Virus record (IMG/VR): IMGVR_UViG_3300021375_000006
DNA: 64,000 nucleotides
Direction: 5' to 3' (one strand)
Origin: a virus
Taxonomy: Duplodnaviria > Caudoviricetes
Shown here: one piece after another, positions 57,034 to 64,000 of the stretch
Numbering within the stretch: the first letter of the stretch is position 1
Layout of the letters: each line of letters begins with the position of its first letter
Program-made: the position numbers and the translations under genes
The notes under the pieces: generated by a model
Told to the model about the DNA's origin: nothing
Seen by the model: the letters and a program-made list of their open reading frames with translations, nothing else
The model's database searches: none

Positions 57034-58447
57034 GTACGTTTTCGTTTATTGGTCCATCAGTATCTGGTGGTGTATCACCGTGAATATTATCTGGGCCTAA
57101 TGGGGCTTCTGGTTGAAGTAGTCCATCATTAAGCTCATCATAAATTCTACCTAATTTTATATTATCTGGAGTAGAATCAGATCCAGCTAAACCTACATTA
57201 CCTAAACCACCAATACCAGGACCTCCATTACCATCGTTATTTTTACCTATTAGATTTCCTACTAGGTTGCCGACTGCATTTAAACTACCTGTTTTTAAAG
57301 CAGTTGATATATCATTTATTGTACCACCTAATCCGTGAACATTACCTAAAAGTAGAGACCCTGTTAAATCGTCAGTTGCCTTATCTAAAAGGTTTTTAAC
57401 AATACCAGGTTGATCTGGGTTAGCGAACGAATTAGCAATACTATTTGCTTGAGCAGTAGCTGCGTCTTTTGCATTTTGTAAGACAGATTCAACTTTACCA
57501 ATTGTTCTACCTCTAATAGCATCTAAATATTTCTGACCAGTGGATTGACCCGCACCGTTATCTACTCTACCAATCTTTTGAGCCTCTTCTATTCTTTTAT
57601 TAATAGGTTTATCTGAATCTTCTTTTTCGTTAAACAAGTTCGAACCTAATTTTTGATCTATTTGTCTACATGTACCCCAATTAATTTTAATGCTTGGTCT
57701 TACAGCTTCTGGGTTTTTAGTTAATTCACCAAAAAACGACGCTAAAGAGTCTTTATCAAATTCACAATGGGTAAATCTTAATCTAACAAAAGGAGTTACA
57801 TCAGCCGATGTAAAGTCTTTATTAACATAATTTTCATGTAAATCAGTTACTGTACCACCAGCAGAATTACTTGAATTACCAAAATTAGAATCTTCATTAT
57901 CAGTACTACCTAAGTTTCTAGAATTAGTATCTTTTTGAAATACTCTAATCTCAGATACAATTATATCCATTGAAAATTCTCTTAAGTTTCTAGGTACCAC
58001 CTCTACATATCTTTCAAAATCAAAACAGGCTCTTTTATATAAGTCCATCAAACCAATTGCTGTAAACTCCATGTTTTCTTCTAGACATGTAATTTCTAGT
58101 TCTGGTTTTTCAGCACCTCTCCATGGCTCTGTCATATCACCATAAGTCATAGCAGCATCTAAGCCTTTTAAACCCTGCCAAAACCAAGGCATTTCTTGAT
58201 TAACCTTTCTTAATACTCTATTAAAGTTCTTTAAATTAGCAGCAAGTTTATTTCCAACATCGTCTCTAATTACATCTTGTAGATAACGTTCTGCCGTACC
58301 ATCAAGCAGGGGCGAGTGCCCAACATCAGGGTGGTCGTCAAAATGGAATAATATAAGAAAACTCAAATACGTAGGATCTTCATCAATCAAACGTATTCGA
58401 GAGCCCTTTTTAAACTCATTCCTTGTTCTAAAATCTAAATCTGCCAT
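57026..58447 (-). CDS. Tail-tube-fold baseplate protein (gp54/gp48-like) with a Gly/Asn-rich tail
   Basis: Position between hub and spike; LEITCLE...LMDLYKRA...FSMDIIVSE pattern. Confidence 0.35.
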   Translation of the reverse strand: MADLDFRTRNEFKKGSRIRLIDEDPTYLSFLILFHFDDHPDVGHSPLLDGTAERYLQDVIRDDVGNKLAANLKNFNRVLRKVNQEMPWFWQGLKGLDAAMTYGDMTEPWRGAEKPELEITCLEENMEFTAIGLMDLYKRACFDFERYVEVVPRNLREFSMDIIVSEIRVFQKDTNSRNLGSTDNEDSNFGNSSNSAGGTVTDLHENYVNKDFTSADVTPFVRLRFTHCEFDKDSLASFFGELTKNPEAVRPSIKINWGTCRQIDQKLGSNLFNEKEDSDKPINKRIEEAQKIGRVDNGAGQSTGQKYLDAIRGRTIGKVESVLQNAKDAATAQANSIANSFANPDQPGIVKNLLDKATDDLTGSLLLGNVHGLGGTINDISTALKTGSLNAVGNLVGNLIGKNNDGNGGPGIGGLGNVGLAGSDSTPDNIKLGRIYDELNDGLLQPEAPLGPDNIHGDTPPDTDGPINENVHE

Positions 58448-58467
58448 AGATTATCTATCTTACTTTT

Positions 58468-59976
58468 TTATGCTAGATTTCGAGAACGAGACGGCCACTC
58501 TCTCCTAAGTAGAGTGAAGTAGGTTATCATACCATCCTCTTTATCGTATTTATAGTCAATATTTTCTACCACGTAAAACCCAGATATAAATTTATCCATC
58601 ATCTGGTCCATTTCATTTAGGTCTACTTTAGGTTTACCAGCTTGCATAGGCCTTTCTGTTAAACCAGCCTCTTCTCTCTTTTGATCTGCCTTTTGTTCAG
58701 CTTCGATCTTAACTTTATCATAGTGATAAATGACTACAGGTACTTTAGAAAATTTATACAATGATGGATTAAAACCTTCAACTGTAAGCTTTAATTTCAT
58801 TTTCTCTAATTCCATTTGGTTTTGAGCTCTATGTAGTTTAGTAAATGCAGCGTTGGCATGTGTATTACCTAATCCATCATCACCAGCATTTTGTCTACCT
58901 ACATATTTGTACTTAACCTGATCTTTATACCTCTCGTCCTTTCTATTACCCTTTAGTGGTTCGTCTAATTCAGATAATTCTTCAGTGGTTAAAGGTTCTA
59001 TTGTAAACTCTTGGAATCTTTCTCCAGGTTCAGAATTATTATCATAAATCTGTACGTTTCTAGAGTTACCCGCCTTTAAACTTATTTTAGAAGAATTATT
59101 TACTATTTCAAAGTCTCTAATATAACAACTTAAACCTGTAAGTTCTACATGGTTAGTTAATAATAAAGGTACTTTTACGTTATCTGAATCTGTAGTATCT
59201 TCTGCAGTTCTTCTCTGTGCTTCTGAATTAGCAAACGAAGTTAATACAGACATTACTTCATCTAGCTTAGGATTTTTAGAATTGAATATCTTATTAATAT
59301 CCACATAGGTTAGATAGTAATACTGGTCAATATACCATTTAGCAAACGCGTCATCTGAAATATATGAATCTTCTACAATAGACTTAATAAAATCTAAGAA
59401 AGTTTCATAAGCTTGAATTCTAGACTGCTTATCGTCTGTGCTTTCTACATTTGTAGCCAATCCTAACTCTAAATCTCTAGCAATCTTTTCTAAATGTGCT
59501 AATGAAGTATCTGAATCTAATACTTGACAGTCTTCTCCAAATAACCTAGGTATTTTAGCAATACCCTCTAATGTTATTTCGCTACCACCTTCTACATCCG
59601 GGGAATCCGGTGCTGAAATTACTTCTATTATATCAAAATCCATGTGAACTGACTTAAAAGTCTCTTGGTGTTTTGAATTTAATAGGATTGTAAAGAAGTC
59701 ACCATCTCTGGGCATTGAATCAACTTTAAAAGCACCTAGATCTGTAAAAGATACTGAACATTTAGGTACATTACCACTTAACTCAATTTCAAAAGACTCT
59801 ATATTAACTCTTTTTACCTGTACGCCATTACATAAAATGAAAGGTTCAAATGCACCAATAGCTTTAGTTTGCTTATCTACATTATCACCCTTCTCTTCTG
59901 CTAGGGCTTCCATCTTAATCTCGGTAGGCATAAGAGCCGGCTCAACTACCGCTAATATATGATTATCTAATTCCAT
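58468..59976 (-). CDS. Baseplate hub protein (gp27-like)
   Basis: Lies between the gp53-like and gp5-like genes; C-terminal ISGFYVVENIDYKY...YFTLLRR is typical of hub proteins. Confidence 0.5.
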   Translation of the reverse strand: MELDNHILAVVEPALMPTEIKMEALAEEKGDNVDKQTKAIGAFEPFILCNGVQVKRVNIESFEIELSGNVPKCSVSFTDLGAFKVDSMPRDGDFFTILLNSKHQETFKSVHMDFDIIEVISAPDSPDVEGGSEITLEGIAKIPRLFGEDCQVLDSDTSLAHLEKIARDLELGLATNVESTDDKQSRIQAYETFLDFIKSIVEDSYISDDAFAKWYIDQYYYLTYVDINKIFNSKNPKLDEVMSVLTSFANSEAQRRTAEDTTDSDNVKVPLLLTNHVELTGLSCYIRDFEIVNNSSKISLKAGNSRNVQIYDNNSEPGERFQEFTIEPLTTEELSELDEPLKGNRKDERYKDQVKYKYVGRQNAGDDGLGNTHANAAFTKLHRAQNQMELEKMKLKLTVEGFNPSLYKFSKVPVVIYHYDKVKIEAEQKADQKREEAGLTERPMQAGKPKVDLNEMDQMMDKFISGFYVVENIDYKYDKEDGMITYFTLLRREWPSRSRNLA

Positions 59977-59985
59977 CTTTTAATA

Positions 59986-60783
59986 TTAGTTACAAGGAGC
60001 GCCGTCGTTAGAAACTCCATCTGCATTACCAGTACCCTGAGGGCCATCACCAGTATTTTGATTACTAGAATTTTCTGTAGCTGTTACACCTCGGCCACCG
60101 CCTGAACCAGAAGTAAGTTTACCTTTACCAACTCCTTTATCTAATAATTTATCAAGTTGATTTTCAGTTAAACCTCTACCGCCGCCAAAACCAGATCCAC
60201 CGCCAGATTCTACGTCAGTTGGTGTAAATGTAGCGGCCAAATCAGGAGCCACATCTTCTAATATATTTTTCACTACAGGGTCATTAAGCTCTCCTCTTTG
60301 AGCCTGCGCACCAAACGTTACTAAACCTTTATCAAACTTATAGTTTTTCTTACCAATAGGTATTACGTTAGGTGGAAGTAAAACTTCTTTATTGTATTTC
60401 TTCTTTAATGCCTCTATTCTTCTATCATCTTTTTTAGAGAATCGCTTACCCTGTAAAAACTGATTTTTAATAGCATTATCTTCGCCTCCTTCTGGTCTAT
60501 CTAATTTATGAAATGCAATTCCAGATGAAGGTATTTCTAATACATCTCCAGCCTGTAATGAGAACGGATCGGAAATGCCGTTATATTTTAAAATAATATC
60601 AGTCTTAGTCTGATCTCCATAATATTCTAATGCGATCAAATCAGGTCTAGTTGCTTCATCATCTTTAACAATATGCTCGCGCACTCCAGTCTGTTCAGCT
60701 TTATTTGTAAATAACATTGTAGGCTGAGTCATTATTAATTTGACTGTATCTTTAGTCTTATTTAAAAGTGTTCTAAAATCCAT
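59986..60783 (-). CDS. gp53: Baseplate wedge gp53-like LysM protein
   Basis: RPDLIALEYYGD...IILKYNGISDPFSLQAGDVLEIP. Confidence 0.75.
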   Translation of the reverse strand: MDFRTLLNKTKDTVKLIMTQPTMLFTNKAEQTGVREHIVKDDEATRPDLIALEYYGDQTKTDIILKYNGISDPFSLQAGDVLEIPSSGIAFHKLDRPEGGEDNAIKNQFLQGKRFSKKDDRRIEALKKKYNKEVLLPPNVIPIGKKNYKFDKGLVTFGAQAQRGELNDPVVKNILEDVAPDLAATFTPTDVESGGGSGFGGGRGLTENQLDKLLDKGVGKGKLTSGSGGGRGVTATENSSNQNTGDGPQGTGNADGVSNDGAPCN

Positions 60784-60786
60784 CTA

Positions 60787-62598
60787 TTAACCTGCAGCGA
60801 AGTCTGAATTTCTAAGCGTTCTATCGCCAGTCATTCTTCTTCTATCTTTATTTCCAAATTGTGATACATCCATTACATCGTCTAGAGATTTACCTTCAAC
60901 TTCTGGTTGTAAGTACATTCTACCTCTACCTGCATTAAACATAGACTCAATTTCTGATTTATCTCTAGGTCTACCGGGTTTTAGAGTTACTACCATCTTT
61001 AACTTAGATGGAAAACCTTCAAAACCTAAAGGACCTTCAAATTCAAATTTAGCATTTTGTAATGCTAAGTTACCACAAACCAGCATAGGGTTCATAGGAT
61101 TACCTACCGTTAAGTGCCATTGACCTGTTGGATCGCCTGTTAAAAAGGCTTTTACAATATCACCACCAGAGGGAGAACCTAAATGTTTCATTAACGCACC
61201 ACCAACTAGGTTATCCATAATCTTTGAATCACCAATTGCATTGACATCACCTGATAATAAACCTTTTACACCTTTTCCTAAGTCTGCAAATCCAGATCCT
61301 AATGAAGATTTTACTTGTGTCATAACAGAACCCAAATAACCAGCATAATCACCAGACTTTAATTTGTTAAAGTCTCCAAATGGTTTACCCGTAGAACCAC
61401 TACCTGAATATCTAGTGGCACCACCCCAGAAAGGAGCATTGTTATATGTAATCGCTAGTAGATTCGACAGTACGTCCATAAATACTACCTTTGGTGATGT
61501 ATTATCAAAACCTCTTAAGTCATAGTAGAAATTAAGAGTAAATTCTTTATCAAAACTTAAACCTTTATCATCTCTTGCTAATACAGATTTAATTGCATTG
61601 TAAGGTCCATATACGTGGTTAGGATATGTGTCTGATAATGGATCGAAACCATGGCCTTTAGTAGAAATCATATCTGATTGTGCAGCGGAATAACCGTTAA
61701 CACCAGCCTCAACTCCTTTTGCAAAAGGAGACGCTTCAATCATTGCACCTAAAGTACCTCTTCTCTTATCAGCACCTGCAGTTTGAGCTGTTTGAACCGA
61801 TGACTCAACATTTGTCCAACCAAATCCAGTTCCGAATGATAGAATATCTTTCATCTCATTACCTAATTTAGGGGACATCCATGTAATTGCACGTGCTAAA
61901 TCCGGTTCTGATTTATCAAACTCTTTTCCGGCCTCATCATAAGTTACAGCATTTCTAATATCATCTCCTACTGGAAATGCAAATCTTCTTAAAGTAACTA
62001 AAAACTCATTCGAGATTTGACCATAATGTTCAGCCTGAATAAAGTCTCTATAACTATAAGAAAAACCTAAACCACCATTATTTCCAGCATACTCTACAAT
62101 ACGCTTAGCAGTTGGGTTTAAAATATTATCTTTATCTGAGTGTAGTACTGTTTTATTATAGTCTCCATATTTTGGGTTTGAATATGTAGTACCACCTGCA
62201 TAGTTTCTATAATTTAATAATGTCCATGCATTAGATTTAGATCTTATAGATTTAACACCTTCGATAGTTTTTTCCGGGTCTTTAATCTCATAAGCTCTAC
62301 TACCTAAAGCGGCGTTACCATATATTGAATTTTGTTCACCAGAACTTGTACCAGTATTTGTAGTATTACCGGGTGAAGTTACTTCTTGTGACTCAGCTGG
62401 AGTTGACCCTAATGCAGAATTTTCAGAATTAGCTTGTGCGCCTGCATCAGTATTAGCCTCTGACATTGGATTACCATTTGAATCTAATGGTGTATCACTA
62501 GTTACAACGTCTCCAGTCTCAATATTTTGATATTGAAATGCTGAAGACATTCCTCCACCTCCTAATAAAAAGCTAGTATCTATTAATTCACCGCCCAT
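60787..62598 (-). CDS. Baseplate tail-tube cap-like protein (gp48-like)
   Basis: FTLNFYYDLR...WHLTVGNP...FPSKLKMVVTLKP; late motif at 62621-62628. Confidence 0.4.
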   Translation of the reverse strand: MGGELIDTSFLLGGGGMSSAFQYQNIETGDVVTSDTPLDSNGNPMSEANTDAGAQANSENSALGSTPAESQEVTSPGNTTNTGTSSGEQNSIYGNAALGSRAYEIKDPEKTIEGVKSIRSKSNAWTLLNYRNYAGGTTYSNPKYGDYNKTVLHSDKDNILNPTAKRIVEYAGNNGGLGFSYSYRDFIQAEHYGQISNEFLVTLRRFAFPVGDDIRNAVTYDEAGKEFDKSEPDLARAITWMSPKLGNEMKDILSFGTGFGWTNVESSVQTAQTAGADKRRGTLGAMIEASPFAKGVEAGVNGYSAAQSDMISTKGHGFDPLSDTYPNHVYGPYNAIKSVLARDDKGLSFDKEFTLNFYYDLRGFDNTSPKVVFMDVLSNLLAITYNNAPFWGGATRYSGSGSTGKPFGDFNKLKSGDYAGYLGSVMTQVKSSLGSGFADLGKGVKGLLSGDVNAIGDSKIMDNLVGGALMKHLGSPSGGDIVKAFLTGDPTGQWHLTVGNPMNPMLVCGNLALQNAKFEFEGPLGFEGFPSKLKMVVTLKPGRPRDKSEIESMFNAGRGRMYLQPEVEGKSLDDVMDVSQFGNKDRRRMTGDRTLRNSDFAAG

Positions 62599-62652
62599 AT
62601 AAATATGATTTCTTTTTTATTATATATCTGACTATGTATCAGGATATTATAT

Positions 62653-63249
62653 TTAGATCCACTCTCCTCGGTCTAATTCATCATGATTTGGTCTATAAAG
62701 TATAGTATCGACCCAATCTTTATCCTTAGGGTATCTATCTACTAAAAACTTTTGAAGAGCTTTAACGTATTCACCTTTACTTTGAAACTTAAATTGACCT
62801 GTATATTGAGTACGGCTTGTGAGCTCATAGAGTTCCTTTAGAGCCACTTCTACCTGAAAGTCTTGTATCTTATTGAATAGTTTATCTTGTTCGGCCTTGG
62901 TCTTCACACAAAATACTGAATCGACAGTAATAAGATATTGTTTCCATTTCTCGCCATCAAAGACTCTTTCTTCTAGTGCTTTAACAGTTTTATATTCCTG
63001 TCTTTTTAGGTTAATTCTAGTCTCTTTACCTTCAAAGTCTCTGATAAATCGGCCACCAAATAAATACGCTTTTAAAAAAACTATATTATCATAGAACTTT
63101 TTAATACGAATTTGATACCTAGGGTTTACATCGTCAAATTTAACGTCGTAAATTAGGGCTCGAACTGGAATAAGTACATTTGGGTTTTGTGTAGTAGATA
63201 TTAAAGCTTGTACGTATTCACCTTTAGTAAATATCTTATGCTTAATCAT
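62653..63249 (-). CDS. Hypothetical protein, 198 aa
   Basis: ORF track; coupled to neighbours. Confidence 0.7.
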   Translation of the reverse strand: MIKHKIFTKGEYVQALISTTQNPNVLIPVRALIYDVKFDDVNPRYQIRIKKFYDNIVFLKAYLFGGRFIRDFEGKETRINLKRQEYKTVKALEERVFDGEKWKQYLITVDSVFCVKTKAEQDKLFNKIQDFQVEVALKELYELTSRTQYTGQFKFQSKGEYVKALQKFLVDRYPKDKDWVDTILYRPNHDELDRGEWI

Positions 63250-63649
63250 GGTCTATAAATCTAACATTATCAAACTTACTGAGTACACCTCTTTTAGGGT
63301 AATCGCATCTGTTGATAATAATTAGATCCATATCATAAAGTTCACCTGTTAGGTCCGCTATAAAATGTTTAAAATTTAAAACAGCATTGCTATCTAAGTT
63401 TTTAAACATATAGAGTAACTTTGCATCATTATTTTCACCTTCTAATTTATCGTTAATTAACTTTTGAATTAATTTACGAATATACAGTGAAACAATTACA
63501 TCTGATGGTTCCTCGCTATACGGGTCACTTTTAACTAGTCTATTTACAATATCGAAATAGGATATAGTTAAATCATAATCACCAGACTTTGCTAATTTTT
63601 CAAACTCAGTCCTAGTTTTACACCAAACACCTTCTATTTTTAGTGTCAT
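63242..63649 (-). CDS. Hypothetical protein, 135 aa
   Basis: ORF track; overlapping start/stop. Confidence 0.7.
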   Translation of the reverse strand: MTLKIEGVWCKTRTEFEKLAKSGDYDLTISYFDIVNRLVKSDPYSEEPSDVIVSLYIRKLIQKLINDKLEGENNDAKLLYMFKNLDSNAVLNFKHFIADLTGELYDMDLIIINRCDYPKRGVLSKFDNVRFIDHD

Positions 63650-63969
63650 TTCTTTAGTTTAGCCTCCAGTATTTTTAGTTCTTTTTTTAATTCTGAGGCT
63701 CTTAATTTTAATTCAGCTTCATTTGGGTTATACTGTTTACCCCATTCAGTTTTGACTACTATTTTATCTCTATCTAGGTCACTGCCTGTAGCAAGACCTA
63801 AGTCTAAAACAATATCTTTTAGAAACTTAACCTGGTTTGCTCGACCTAAAGCACTGTCAAATTCATATACAACGCGAGAGGTGAATTCCTCACCTCCGCC
63901 ATTGACATTATCATCAATTAAAAACTTGACCACACCATTATCAGCCGGCTCAATTTGAATAGTAATCAT
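63646..63969 (-). CDS. Hypothetical protein, 107 aa
   Basis: ORF track; ATGA overlap. Confidence 0.7.
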   Translation of the reverse strand: MITIQIEPADNGVVKFLIDDNVNGGGEEFTSRVVYEFDSALGRANQVKFLKDIVLDLGLATGSDLDRDKIVVKTEWGKQYNPNEAELKLRASELKKELKILEAKLKK

Positions 63970-64000
63970 TAACTAATATTATTTTTTACGAGAATCTAAA

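Noticed and set aside
575-63958. About 45 short antisense or overlapping ORFs in the track (for example 575-769, 4701-5000, 8721-9074, 10200-10670, 15081-15446, 16201-16602, 36694-37077, 53745-54041)
   Set aside because: They lie inside longer genes with recognisable motifs, have shadow-frame composition (Ser/Leu/Phe-rich) and have no promoters.
1-64000. CRISPR array
   Set aside because: No regularly spaced repeat-spacer units were seen. The repeats found are coding tandem repeats or dispersed promoter copies.
1-64000. Stop-codon reassignment (as in Lak or some crAss-like phages)
   Set aside because: Conserved genes (UvsW 502 aa, primase, gp32, gp6) are full-length under the standard code and coding density is high.

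Overview
This 64-kb, AT-rich window comes from a large T4-like (jumbo) myophage genome, and nearly all genes lie on the minus strand. The host is most likely a marine Bacteroidota/Flavobacteriia, inferred from a Bacteroidetes-type bS1 N-terminus, a flavobacterial GH17 laminarinase, and A-rich leaders without Shine-Dalgarno sequences. From left to right: (1) 1-5.9 kb, a nucleotide/DNA-hypermodification-like operon (all-alpha NTP pyrophosphatase, fold-II PLP enzyme, aGPT-PPlase-like helical protein, a beta-glucosyltransferase-N/SGNH fusion, DUF6378-like protein, FkbM methyltransferase, phosphoesterase). (2) 6.2-16 kb, a cluster of putative capsid-packaged proteins carrying T4-like capsid-targeting motifs and repeated ES-x-V-(N/T)-E linkers, including two ligase-fold proteins and a cytidyltransferase. 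(3) 16-20 kb, a recombination/replication core (UvsW, UvsY, primase, gp32). (4) 20.5-23.5 kb, a plus-strand early cassette, GH17, a RuvC-like resolvase and an acidic-pro/cationic peptide precursor. (5) 23.5-50 kb, tail, fibre, baseplate and neck genes, including a 2844-aa adhesin-like protein. (6) 50-54.5 kb, an amidoligase, a ribosomal protein S1 homolog, two HEXXH proteins and a second early cassette. (7) 54.5-64 kb, baseplate hub/spike genes. Three distinct promoter classes are readable directly from the sequence. All family assignments are from motif recognition by eye, and no database searches were run.
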